The translations under genes were made by a program, and so were the position numbers. Below, one piece after another: positions 33,101-45,780 of a stretch of 64,000 bases of DNA. Under the pieces are notes generated by a model. It was given only the letters and a program-made list of their open reading frames with translations, did no database searches and was not told where the DNA came from. The stretch's first letter is position 1; the number at the start of each line of letters is the position of its first letter. The DNA is from Pachysolen tannophilus NRRL Y-2460 (taxonomy: Eukaryota), in contig KV454013.1 of NCBI GenBank assembly GCA_001661245.1, positions 21,005 through 85,004 of the forward strand. The letters are read 5' to 3'.

Positions 33101-36100
33101 TGGTTCTCTGTCTTCTTGGTGATTACCAGCTTCTTCTCCATCCGCAGCGGATTCAGCAGCTCTGGTTTCTTCTTCTTCTTGTCTCTTACGTTCTTCTTCC
33201 TCAAGAGCTTTCTTTTCTTTCTCTTCTTTTTCTTTCTGTAATTTTTCCTTCTCTCTCTTTTCTCTGTTATATAATTCGACACTAGGATCATATATCAAGT
33301 TAATAATCCTAGGTATAACCCTGGATGCATCAGTAAGAGCTGATTTCCCATAAAACATGGTGACATAATCATTCCACCTCTGCTTAGTGGATTTAATATT
33401 TGTGTTCGTAAGGTTATCTTCAACCTTTGGCCTACGAGATTCGCCGCCTCTGAACATACGAAGTAATTGATTGACCTGGGGAACTCCATCCTCATTATAC
33501 CCAAAATCATTGAATCCAGCAGCGGAGTCGATGAGGCTATTTGCACCCGGTATCATATCAAAAATGGCCGACGAAATCTCATGAGGAATACGGCGCGAGC
33601 TGTGTGGTTGGGATATCATAGCAGAAGACGAAGAATTAGGCTGTAATAGAGGATTAACCAAAACAGGCTCAGCAGAATCATCTACCGGTCTTCCGCGTGA
33701 TTGTAATCTAAAAGCAGCAGATCCATCGGCACCAATACTAATATTAAACGTATTTATCTCATCGGCAGAATCTTCCTCCTCTTCATCTTCATCAGGCTCG
33801 TCACTTTCATCGTCCTCAGAAAGTATATTCGGAGGTGTTCTAGTTCCAAAATTACGGTTTTGAGCTCGAGTATTTTCTTCATCAATATTAATTTGACCAA
33901 CAAAATCATCATCAGCATCCCCATATTGTTCCTCAAAGTTTGCAGCCCATTCATCTAATAGACCATCATCACTGGTCGAGACATCTTCTTCTTCCTCTTC
34001 ATTTAATGAGATATCACTGTAATAATTTTCACTGTCTCCGTCATCTTCATCCTCATCTCCTGATCCAATATCTATTTCATCTTCATGCAAAAGAACTATA
34101 TCGTCATCATCTTCACTCCTATCATCGCTATCATCGGTAACAACACTTTCAATGTCTTCTTCATGAAGATGATTATCCGACATTTCTGAATCTGATGAAC
34201 CAATTAAATCCATATCAGAACCTTCTTCTCCTATATCTCTAAGTTCTTCATCAGACTCTCCGCCTTCTGAATAAACTATGTCAACTGGTCCCTCTTCATC
34301 ATATTCATACTCATATTCATCATCATAGTCATCGTCAAAATCTATATCATCTAGATCATACATGCCAAGAGTAGAATTTTTAAATAAATCTGGTGTATCT
34401 TCTCTACCTTCTGCTTCATCCGTTTCTACTTCTTCTTCTTCAGCATCCGTTTGACCTCCTTTATACAAATCTTGATATTCTTTTTTAGAATAGCCTAAGC
34501 TATTCAATGCTCTGATACAAACGTTCATAACACCAGAAGTATTTGGATAGTTCAAATCTAATGCAGATAAGATTGATGTGAGCTGCGTTTGAAAACCATT
34601 TTCCAACATTATTTTGGAAACATTAAATGAATCGTACTTCACGATTTCTTTATCAACAAGAGAACCAAATTGACTACGATTCCTTGAAATTAAAGTTCCA
34701 GATAGATCGACTAAATCATAAATTTTTCCGTATCTCTCATTAGCAGGCATAGACGATGAATTATTTAACTCTTTCAAAACCCTCAAAATAATATCAGCTG
34801 TGAACTTTCTGATGAAAGTCATATCAGGGTCAACTTTCTTAGGATCTGGCTTTTCATTCTCTTGTGAAATTGGCGTCGAAATAAAGCCAAAAATAGCAAT
34901 CTTAGCCAAATTCGAAATAAGATTTTTTCTCTCATGCTCGGGTCCTTCAGCTTTTATTAATCGTTCAGTAGGAATGAGTTGATGGATGAAGAAATTCAAA
35001 GCCGTGGATCGTGGCTTTAATGGGCCATCAAATAAAGGTTTCTTCAAGAAAGTTAAAAATTCTAACTTGCTTTGTTTATAAGATGAAAGTAACTCTGCAA
35101 TGACTTGTAAAAGAAAAGCGGCATAACCAAAATGTTGATTATCTAGTGGGTTGAACTTCCAAGAATCCTTACCCATACCACGGGTATCCTTCTTATTTTC
35201 CTTATCTTTTTTCTCAAAATGCTCTATCTCTTCCTTGGGACCTGATAAATAATCCTCTCTGCTAACTTGCATTAGTTCAGATAGCAATAAATGCATAATA
35301 CCAGTTGGCTTATCAACACGAGCCTCAAGCTCGACTTCATCAATTTTTTTACCGGAATCAGCATCGAGCATATCAATGTCCTCTTCCTCATCTGCGTGAT
35401 CTAAATCTCCATCTTCAGGATTTATATGACGGATAGATAAACTAACCAAGGGGATCTTGGTGTTCTCCAATCTGCTTCTTTTTGCTACAATTTCAGAAAA
35501 TACATCATCTGAACGTAAGACCAAAGACGCAGAGTCTTTTACTAGCGAAGATAGATCTCTGCCTTTAACACGAGAAAAGCTACGTTTCGAATGAAATGCA
35601 GATTCTAACTCATGAAAAATTATATCTTTAATGACATTTGTTGTCTCAAGACACCTTCTGATAAGGATAATGACTGCAGACTGATATGCAAAATTCTTTG
35701 GGGATTTCATGAAATTTTTGACATCCTGAACCAAACACTTCAAAATACCAGATTTTGTGATTTTACGAACGCGATTCGTGTCCTTGGAAAACAAGATAAA
35801 AATACGACATATTGCAAGAGCACTTTCAGAATTTTCAATAGTCTGAATAGTTAATAATTTCTCAAATAATTGTTCTTTGATTTTTGGTTCAATTTGATAA
35901 ACATCTGGAAATTTCGGTAAAGGAACGCTTGAAGCGTGATTTAGTTTTTCAACCACTGGTACCTCTGAATCCGCCAAAATGCGCTCAAAACATAACATCG
36001 CCTTAGGAAACCAATCTCTATTCACATACTTTGTCTCAACTGCATCTGACAAAAATTGTATGAATTGATCTAAGGACCCCTCTGCTTTATAAAATATAGA

Positions 36101-39100
36101 ATCTTCTTGAAGTAATAATCCAAATAAATGTAACATGCTTGCTAAACGAGATGTATTTTCCTCTGATTGTATGCTAAATGAGTCAATATACTCCAAAACC
36201 GTTACTAAAACTGTTGATTCAAAATTAACATCCATACCGTAAGTTGAACGCGAAAACACCTCAAGAAGCAAATCTGAGACCCGGAAGACTGATCCTGGAA
36301 AGTACTGAATCATTAATAACCACTGATCAAGAAAAGTTTGTTCATTTCCGTTTCTTAAAAATGTCAATTCATCATGAGTAGAGAAATTTGAGTATTGTGA
36401 TGAAACTGGAGATGGAAACTCGGTAGTATATGGATTATGTACCGCATTTTCATTAATCTTATTCCATTCGTCTTCTCCAATATCCAAAAAAGGAGGCAAA
36501 TAAGGGCGATAAACGGGGAATAAATCCCCATGAGTATCGTTTAAAAATGTTAGGGCCTCGCTTTCTGACATTCCTAAAGAAATCAAATACTCAACTCTTC
36601 TTTGTGTTGGTTTGACATTGTTCCAAATCAATGGGTATAATTTTCCACTTAAAACTCTGGCATGTTCTTCTCCAGCAGATGAATAAACAATTTTGCTTAT
36701 AGTTATTATTAATTCAATAATCGGCAAAGTATAATTATGAATATTGCGATCGTTGGATAACATACCATCGTCGGGATTTAACAAATCTGATAGTATACCA
36801 AAAGCAAATAGTCTTGTCTGAATTACAAATGAACTTGTGATTTCATGACAAATTTCACTGTTTCCTCGTTCATCACCTTCATATAAATAACTATAGTTAG
36901 GTATTGGCATTAATGTAGAATTATTAATAATTTTACTGACCAAAAGTAAAAACTGTTTAACCAAGTTGATTGTTACACACTCCTCAGTTAATTTAACATA
37001 CTTCAAGTCCTTGACCTCATTCACCTTCAGCGGATCAAACGTTCTGATCATTTTGAAGTACGGCAATACCATATCCCTTATCATTTTGAAACCATCTTTT
37101 TGTAAAACAATTAAAGCAAAAGTGGTTACAAGCTGTTCACTCGATTGTGACCTCGATTTTGTAACAATCAATGTATTAAGAAAATTGACGAGTAATAAAT
37201 AGTAAGTTGATCTTACATTCTCGTTTAATATATTGACTTTTTTGAATAAATCAAGAAAGCATTCTGCAAATGTGTCAGTAAGCCTAATGCTGCTTTTCGG
37301 AAATTCACTTTTGCTTGTATCTTGTCTTTTATGTACAGCAATACGTATCAAAGCAACAAAGATATAACCTAACCATGTCTGAATTCTATTAATGTGGAAT
37401 CTAATTTGTAAGGTATTTTTATATTTAGCACTGGTTCTATCGAATTTTTTGATTTTGCTTTCATTTGTTTCTCCGAGAATAAGTTGAATAGGAGAAAACT
37501 CAATGGTTTGGAAAACCGTAGTGTCCTTTACGGCTTGAGATGGCATTGTAAATTGTAAATTGATTTCTTCCAAAGTGAGCCTTTTGAAAATCAGCATTAA
37601 GTTCTTCATTAATTCAGAGCCCTCTTCAGTATTAAAAAACCTTGTCAATTGAGTCATTCTTATGGAAAATAAATTGTTTGGAGTGACATAAACATCTGTT
37701 AGTATAAAAAGCATCACATCAAGTTGATTAATTAATTTCAAATAGTCAGCTCCATATTTAGCGCCGTTTTCGACACCATCAAAATTCCTGAAAAATGAAG
37801 TATCATTATTTTCAAAATTCAAGAAAGGATTTAACTTCGATATAGTATCCTGAATTGTTTTCAATAAAGGAGTAATACCATAGGACCTATCTTCATCATC
37901 AAAGAATCTTAGTAAGCCAGCAATAGCAAATAAACCATTAGATAAAACATAATCGTAAGGGGCATTAGGTATTTTGAAAAACTCTAACCAATCTTCCATT
38001 TTCAAATCTTCCATTAAACATCTCCATCTAGTATGCGTTTCAACCAATGATCCCAAAAAAGTTGCAGCATTATCAATCAAGAATGCACCATCTGATGCAT
38101 CCCATGTCTCAATGGGCTTACAACCAACTTCGTCTTCCACTACCTCTTCATCTTGTGAATGATATAGGGAGCCATACTTTTGAGACTGATAAAATTCGGC
38201 TTCACTAAAATGCTTTTTTGCAATGTCAGGTGTCTCCTTGACTAGTTTAACGACATTTTCTATAATTATCGGTTTTAATTCAGGGTGATGTCTCGATAAC
38301 TCATCAAATCTGCTACCTAAAATTGATGAATTATCTTCAGTGATCAAAATATTAGCAAATTCCACGTTTTTAAAGATCTTGAAGTATTTAGTGATGACAT
38401 CCATTGATTTGACCTTTTTCAATCCGTCTTTATTCAAACAAATAGCTCCAATGACATCCGGTAATGCAAAGAATATACGTTCGGACCTTTTGAAGAACGA
38501 TTCAAAGTTGTTTAATATTAAATCAACTGTCTTAGCTTCATTCAATATACCAAAAGCTGTTGGCTCATTTTGTATAATCGATGTGACAATGTTAATTGCA
38601 TCAGCTACTAGTGTTGGTCCAAATTGATCAATGTTATTGATAACTTTATTAAGGGTGGTCAAGATGGATGAGTCAAATAAATTTCTCATTCTGTCACCTA
38701 GTTCTGAGCCCATCAGATCCATTATTAGAGCGAACAAGTTTCTAATAAATTTTGATTGAGTATAAGTTATTTTATATAAAACTTCACTGTCCTCTGGAGC
38801 TCCACCACAAAAGGTAGGATTTTCTAAGGCAAAGTCCACTTCATGTGCAACAACTCTGATTAAATGTTTGAATCCATCATTTTCAGCAAACAAATCCAAA
38901 GAATCAGCTAATACCTGATTCATTAAAAATAATAGATGCACTGCTGCTGAACAAATTTTTTTATAATTTGTTTTCAATGAAATCAACTCCATTAATAGTT
39001 GTATCAATCCTGCGTTCACTAAAATTTGAGAAACACCTTTAACTTCAGTTAAATTTTCTATTAAATTGAAAAAACGACAAATTGATTCTTCGTGAATATT

Positions 39101-40620
39101 TGGCTTATCTTCTTTAATATCTTTTATAATAGTTCTTATCTTATGATACATCAACCCATGACTTACATTTCCTCCTAATGCTCTAATTATGTCACTTCCC
39201 CAAGATCTATTCATGGAAATATTTTCTAAAGCATTAATTGCATGAATATGAACATCTCTTGGAACAAATTGTTCATTCTCTGGAGTCGTCAACTCTGTCA
39301 AGAAGCTAAGTAAATATGGTTCCTGTTCAACCAACTTTGGTAAGATAGAAGTCAAGTGATCAGTGCAAGCTAAAAATGCTACTGCAAGACACTTGATTGA
39401 AACCAATTGTTGTCTCAACTTGATACTTTCAGCAGATTCATTATTGAAAGCCTTGGATATTGAGCATTTTAAACCAAACTGAAAATAGTATTCTGGAGGA
39501 ATTAGATCATGAGATTTATCGTATATTTGTTGTAATGATAGTTTTCTAATGTTCTCTTCTGATATCACAAAATGTTGGATTCCTTCATTTGCAGCCTGTT
39601 GAATATTACTATGCTTTTGTTTAATATGTTTTTTATTTGTTGAGTCCGTTTCATGCTGATTTTGAGTTTGTTGCTGATCATGCAATTGTTGTGATTGGGT
39701 ATTTAATAATGATCTCTTTTGTTTTCTCTTAGTTGGAGTATCCTGAGGATTTTGATGCGCTTGTTGTTGTTGTTGCTGCTGCTGTTGTTGCTGCTGTTGT
39801 TGCTGTTGTTGTTGCAATTGCAGTTTACTTAGCTTTGTTACACTCGAATTATAATATTCAAAATCCAAATACCTCCACTTACTTGGATATTCAATTCCAG
39901 TTTTACAGCAATCTAATAAACTGAAATGATCATTGATTGATGAATTATTGTTCATAATAGTACTTGGAGGGAAAAATCTAGAAAGTTCCACAAGTTTGTT
40001 TCTAACTTCTGAAGTTACATAATAATTAAGGTTTCTCTTGCGATGTTTTTCAGCTATTCTAACACATACTTTAAGAGCAGATAATCTAACAGAAATTGAC
40101 TGTGTATTGATTAATTCACATAACCTATGAGTGGAATTATAAATGGACCGATTTGAACAATTATCCAACAACGTCAATGTAAATTCTAATATTGCAATTA
40201 ATAGTTTCTCATCTTCATGATCTAAAGTACGTGATTTGACAAATTTTTCATTTAATTTGTACAAATTTATTTTTTCTTCCAATATTTCATCAAATCTATT
40301 CAACAACTCAATCCAATGATATAAATCACCTCTCGGTCTATCCCAAGATGAAATATCACCTTTTGGTCTGTACCATTTCAAATTTCTATTCAAATTGTCC
40401 AGAAGATCACTTATGGGACAAGAAACCAACTCAGTAATTAAATTTTTAGGTGGTTTTGCCTAGTAAGAAAAAAAAGAAAAAGAAAAAGAAAAAAAATTGT
40501 TAGTACCCTGATACTTTTAACCACAAGTTAAAAAGAAAAATATGTAAAATTATTTTTTTTTTTTAAATCATCACTTACCAACTCAAATCTCACCTGGTGA
40601 TCTTTTTTGTTTATTATCAT
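30107..40620 (-). CDS. TOM1: HECT E3 ubiquitin ligase Tom1 (HUWE1 family), two coding exons
   Basis: Exon 1 40620-40579 (MIINKKDHQVRFEL); intron 40578-40460 (GTAAGT, TACTAAC 40505-40499, TAG); exon 2 from 40459 in frame; WDRPRGDLYHWI, IDPEFFEALP UBM repeats, HECT with LPSSHTCFNQ. Confidence 0.95.
39761..39814 (-). repeat. CAA/CAG repeat encoding Q18 in Tom1
   Basis: Mixed TTG/CTG triplets on the + strand. Confidence 0.9.
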
Positions 40621-41374
40621 CTTGTATAACCGATGTCTCTATCTTTCTAAATTATTATTATAAAACAAGTCAGTAATTGATTGATCTTATTAAAAAAAAA
40701 GAGGCGCCTAAATTTTCTTAAATCACACCAAACTAAAAAATATGACATACTTACTGATGATTTTCAAGTTTCGAGCAAATATTAAACCTTTCGTAATCAA
40801 TCAGTATTTCAAAGACCAACGTAAAGCCTTCCAATAAAAGTTCAAAGAAATTCAATTCTAAGAGATATATTTCTTATATAAATCTTATAACTTGTTCCCT
40901 TGGTTACTTTCTAATGATTGAACTGAAAAAAATTCAATAGAAAAAATGAAAGGCAAAAACAAAAAAAACCAAAAAGAAAAAAAAGAAAGAGAAACAAGAA
41001 ACAAGAAAGAAAAAAAAATTAATAAAAAGAAAAAAAAAAAAAAGTTCAACAAGGAAATAAATTAATATCAATTCCTTTATAGAATCTTTCTTTAACTCAA
41101 GATTGAATTAAAATTTCTAATAAATATCTCTTTCAAAGCAATTAATAATTTAATTATTAAAAAAAAATACTAGTTTACAATTTAGCGCTGTTACAAACAT
41201 TACATTTTAATTGCATCTCTTTTACTTTAAGGAAAAAAATGGAAAAAAAAAAAAAAAAAAAAAAAAAAGTTTTGATTTGCCTCTACACGACCTTTTTCTC
41301 TATAAATATTTTTTTTTCAGCCGTGGACCGAAGACGGCCCACGTAAGACTGCAGGCGGGTGGGTAGGTAGCCAA

Positions 41375-41392
41375 GCAGGCAGGCAGGCAGGC

Positions 41393-41426
<34 letters not shown>
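41375..41426. repeat. Compound tetranucleotide microsatellite (GCAG)5(ATAG)8
   Basis: Directly visible upstream of the amidase gene. Confidence 0.9.
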
Positions 41427-41427
<1 letters not shown>

Positions 41428-41563
41428 AGCATTTAGAGATGGGTGTTGAGATTTGGCCGACGAGAGATAAAAGATATATATAGGAACCAATTGCTCTTTG
41501 GATTAGTTTTTCTTTTTTAGGATTTGATTTGCTAATTGGAGCTATACTGATTAGTTTTTGGCT

Positions 41564-43237
41564 ATGTTGTGGGAAGAAGTAGCTCAATTAAAAAGAGATT
41601 CTAATCTTGGCAAGATTCGAAAAGAATGGTTATTGGATGAAATTCCATCTGTTGATGAAGTTGGTGATGTTTCTCAATATTTGGATCTATGTTTACCTTC
41701 TGAAGAGGTTGGGATCACTTCCAAAACTGCTGTGGAACTTGTTGATTGTATTTCGAAAGGAAAGTTGACTGCGTATAAGGTTACTGAAGTATTTTGTCAT
41801 AGAGCTGCATTAATTCATCAAATGACAAATTGTCTTTCTGAAATTTTCTTTGATAAAGCATTGGCTAGAGCAAAAGAGCTTGATGATTATTTCGAGAAAA
41901 GGGGTACCACAGTGGGTCCATTACACGGGTTGCCTATTTCTTTGAAAGATCAAGTCAATTTGAAAGGTGTTGAAACTTCAATAGGGTACGTTGCACCTTT
42001 TATCAATGATGAATACATGAAAGAAATCACTGGTAATTCAGCTGGAATTGATAAAGAGTCCTTGATTGCCAAGTTATTAGCTGATGCTGGTGCTGTCTTT
42101 TATGTAAAGACTACTGTACCAATGGCAATGTTGGGTTATGATACTAGTTCCAATCTTTTTGGTCAAACTTTAAATTCTCTCAATAGAAAGCTCTCATGTG
42201 GTGGTAGTTCTGGAGGTGAGGGTTCTTTGATAGGTGCATCTGGAAGTAAAGTCGGCCTTGGTACTGATATTGGTGGTTCAATAAGAACCCCTTCACTGTT
42301 TCAAGGCTTATTTGGTCTAAGACCTTCTTCTAATAGATTACCTTATCTTGGAGTTGCCAATTCAATGGCAGATCAACCTGTTATTTGCTCTGTTATTGGT
42401 CCAATGGCTCAGGATTTACAGGATTTAAAATTAATAACCAAATGTATAATCGATTCTAGACCTTGGGAAATTGATCCAAAAGTTCCACCTTTACCATGGA
42501 GAGAATTTAAGATTCAAGATTCTCCAAATCCTAAATTTATCTTTGGTATTATGGAATGGGATAGAGTTATATTTCCTCATCCACCTTTTATAAGAGCCCT
42601 CCAATTAATTAAACAAGCTTTATTATCTCAGGGTCATCAAGTCTTTAATTTTGAACCTCCAATGGATCATAATCTATTGCTTAACTTATTAACAAGTATA
42701 TTCACTGCAGATGCTTTACAAGAAATTAAAACTAATTGTGCAAAATCGGGTGAACCTTTAAATTCTTTAATTCAAAGATCTTTCGATGCCCCCTCGGAAC
42801 CAATATCTGTTATTGACCATTGGAAACAAGCAAAATTGAAATACGAATATCAACAAGTCTATGATAGAGCTTGGACTCAACCTTCCAAATCAGCCGATTT
42901 AGAAACTGAATTAGACTGCTTCATAGCACCAGCATGGTGTTCTACTTCATTCATTGCTGGAGAAAATTTGAGATCCCCATCTACATATACTCGTTTTCTA
43001 AACGTCTTGGACTACACTGTCATAGTAGTCCCAGTAACTAAAGTCGACAAGATTCTCGATAAACCTTTTGAACACTATTCTCCAATAAGTGAGAAAGATG
43101 AGATTAATTACAAAAACTACGACCCGGAGCTAATGCATGGTATGCCTGTTTGTATACAACTTGTATGTAAAAGATACCAGGAAGAAAAAGCCATTGCTTT
43201 AGCTGAGCTCCTAGTCGATGCTTTAGATAAATTATAG
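41564..43237 (+). CDS. Amidase-signature family enzyme (Amd2/acetamidase-like)
   Basis: GPLHGLPISLKD, CGGSSGGEG and GTDIGGSIR carry the Lys-cisSer-Ser triad; first ATG at 41564. Confidence 0.92.
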   Translation: MLWEEVAQLKRDSNLGKIRKEWLLDEIPSVDEVGDVSQYLDLCLPSEEVGITSKTAVELVDCISKGKLTAYKVTEVFCHRAALIHQMTNCLSEIFFDKALARAKELDDYFEKRGTTVGPLHGLPISLKDQVNLKGVETSIGYVAPFINDEYMKEITGNSAGIDKESLIAKLLADAGAVFYVKTTVPMAMLGYDTSSNLFGQTLNSLNRKLSCGGSSGGEGSLIGASGSKVGLGTDIGGSIRTPSLFQGLFGLRPSSNRLPYLGVANSMADQPVICSVIGPMAQDLQDLKLITKCIIDSRPWEIDPKVPPLPWREFKIQDSPNPKFIFGIMEWDRVIFPHPPFIRALQLIKQALLSQGHQVFNFEPPMDHNLLLNLLTSIFTADALQEIKTNCAKSGEPLNSLIQRSFDAPSEPISVIDHWKQAKLKYEYQQVYDRAWTQPSKSADLETELDCFIAPAWCSTSFIAGENLRSPSTYTRFLNVLDYTVIVVPVTKVDKILDKPFEHYSPISEKDEINYKNYDPELMHGMPVCIQLVCKRYQEEKAIALAELLVDALDKL

Positions 43238-43533
43238 AATATTTTATATATATATATATATATATACTAATCAAGTTTCATTACCAATCATAAAAGTTAG
43301 TTAATTAATTGTATAGTAGTGTACTAAATATCAGTCTATTTTCATTGTGATGCCTTCGTTCATTCGTAAAACCAGAAGAAAAGAGATGACCAAGAATGAG
43401 TAATATACCATATAATATAAGTAAAGTTGTGAATTTCCTTTTCTTATGAAGCCTTTTTTGTGAATTTGAAGATCAATTAAGCTGCAATTTCACAGTTTTT
43501 GTTCTCTTTTTTGAGGGTTTTTTTTTTTTTACA

Positions 43534-44970
43534 ATGATCAATACTCGTTTAAAAAAATTAGATAGATTGGTGGTACCAATATGGAAACGATATGGTAGTT
43601 TTCAAAAAAATGTAACGAGTACAAATGTTTTGAAAAGACCAAATTTTGATTATAAAGGTATTATTGAAGATCAAACAGATTATATAGAGAGTATTCTCAG
43701 AAGAGAACTAAATCCGCAATTAGTTGATGACTGTAGGGATATTAAATCGTTGTATGCCAAATTTGTAGATCAGGATGTTACATTGAGAAATTTGAAAAAT
43801 GAGAGAAATATTTTGAATGATGAAATTAAAAAAATCAAAAGTTTAAAAGATTTATCATCAAAGGATAGAGAAAAAGAGATTTTAAGTAAATTAGCAGAAT
43901 CGAAGAATATCGTTAAAATTTTAGAATCTGAAATTGATCTTGTAAGAGATGATCTCTTTTTAAAAGCTGAATCCTTACCTAATCTTTTAGATTCGTCTGT
44001 TGATGATAAAGAAGATATAATATCGTATATTAATCCAATTCAAGATGTGGAATTTTTTGATTTAAAAGAAAATTCTAAATTTGATCATAAAGAAATTGCA
44101 GAAAGATTAGGTATAGTTGATTTTAAAATTGCTTCTAAAGTTTGTGGTAATTCTTGGTATTATTTAATTGGTGACGGTGCTCTATTAGAACAAGCTTTAG
44201 TGCAGTATGCTTTAAAATTGGCTAGACATGAAGGTTTTAAAATGGTTATTCCACCATCAATTGTGAAAACAGAAATTACAAACTCTTGTGGTTTTAAGCC
44301 AAGAGACCAAAGTAATGAACAACAAGTTTATGAATTAACCAACGATGGATTATGTTTAACTGGAACAGCTGAAATCTCTCTTGCAGGACTACATATTAAC
44401 AAAGTTTTTGAAAATCCTGAAGCCTTACCTTCTAGATTGGTTGGAGTTAGTAGAAGTTATCGAGCTGAGGCTGGTGCAAGAGGTAAAGATACAAAAGGTT
44501 TATACCGTGTTCATGAGTTTACTAAAGTTGAACTTTTCAGTTTTACAAAAGCTAATATTAAACATTCTTTACTGGAATTGGAAAAATTATTAAATTTCCA
44601 AAAAAAATTTATTGAATCACTTGGTTTAACTGCTAAAATCATAAATATGCCTGCAAATGATTTAGGAGCACCTGCTTATAAAAAATATGATATCGAGTGT
44701 TTTATGCCCGGTAGAGGCAATTGGGGGGAATTATCCTCGGCATCAAATTGTACTGATTATCAATCAAGAAGATTAAATATAAAATACAGAGACACTTCAG
44801 ATGGAATGAAATTGAAATACGTCCATACTTTAAATGGTACTGCAGTAGCCGTTCCTAGAGTTATTGTTGCTATAATCGAGAACTTCTACGACCCTGAAAC
44901 AGAATCCATCATCATACCAAAAGTCTTGAGAGAATACATGGACGGTAAAGACAAAATTGTTAAACAATAG
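43534..44970 (+). CDS. DIA4: Mitochondrial seryl-tRNA synthetase
   Basis: Basic presequence, LTGTAE, YRAEAGARGKDTKGLYRVHEFTKVE, SNCTDYQSRRL, HTLNGTA. Confidence 0.92.
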   Translation: MINTRLKKLDRLVVPIWKRYGSFQKNVTSTNVLKRPNFDYKGIIEDQTDYIESILRRELNPQLVDDCRDIKSLYAKFVDQDVTLRNLKNERNILNDEIKKIKSLKDLSSKDREKEILSKLAESKNIVKILESEIDLVRDDLFLKAESLPNLLDSSVDDKEDIISYINPIQDVEFFDLKENSKFDHKEIAERLGIVDFKIASKVCGNSWYYLIGDGALLEQALVQYALKLARHEGFKMVIPPSIVKTEITNSCGFKPRDQSNEQQVYELTNDGLCLTGTAEISLAGLHINKVFENPEALPSRLVGVSRSYRAEAGARGKDTKGLYRVHEFTKVELFSFTKANIKHSLLELEKLLNFQKKFIESLGLTAKIINMPANDLGAPAYKKYDIECFMPGRGNWGELSSASNCTDYQSRRLNIKYRDTSDGMKLKYVHTLNGTAVAVPRVIVAIIENFYDPETESIIIPKVLREYMDGKDKIVKQ

Positions 44971-45780
44971 GAGGATTCCAAAATATATATATATATATAT
45001 AAAAATAAACTGTTTAGATGTAAATAGTTAATAGTAAATATAAGTAATAAGCGAGTTTATAGTACATGTATATATCAAGCTGTGAATTTCCTAATCATTC
45101 TTGTAAGTTTCCCTTTTCGTAACTGATTGCGGCCGCGATTTTAGGAAAGCTTACACATTGATAAGTACTGAAACAAAGAAAGAATATGTATGTTTCTGCA
45201 CGTTTGGATAATAGGCCCCAAAATAGTAATGTTTCGAATACTGATAGGACCTAAAGAACTTTCAGTTAAAGGTTAAAGAAGGCAACTATTTTACATTTTT
45301 ATTAAGTTGGTTAGTGGTTTTAGATCTCCGTTTTTATGGTTTAGTTTATTTATGCTTTTTTATGGTTTTTTGTTTCCGTTTTCCTCCATTGAAAAAGGAT
45401 AAAGAAACTCACAGCTGTAAATGTTTGTAAAATGAATACAACACTGTATTTACAATGGCAACTCACAAGACTTTTTCAGAGCAATTATGTTATCCAGGAT
45501 GTAATGGAGCAAAAAAAATGTATTCTCGGCAGGTTGAATCCTAAATTACTGGCAATTCGTTTGATCGATATGATAAGGCAACTGACTACTTTTTTTTTTT
45601 TTTTTTTTTTTTTTGTCTTTTTGTCCCAAGCATTGCTATTTACTATAAATATACCCCATCTCCTCTCTTCAAAAAAACTTAACTGTGCTGCTCAGAAGTT
45701 AATAAATAATACTTTGTGGAATTGTTTTTTTTTTTCGTTCTTAAATAACAAAATTTGAAGCTTAATTGAGTTGTAGTAGG

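Noticed and set aside
45432..45758. 108-aa ORF, and similar Phe/Lys-rich ORFs at 7255, 41300, 58110 and 59482
   Set aside because: Built from homopolymer or microsatellite promoter sequence
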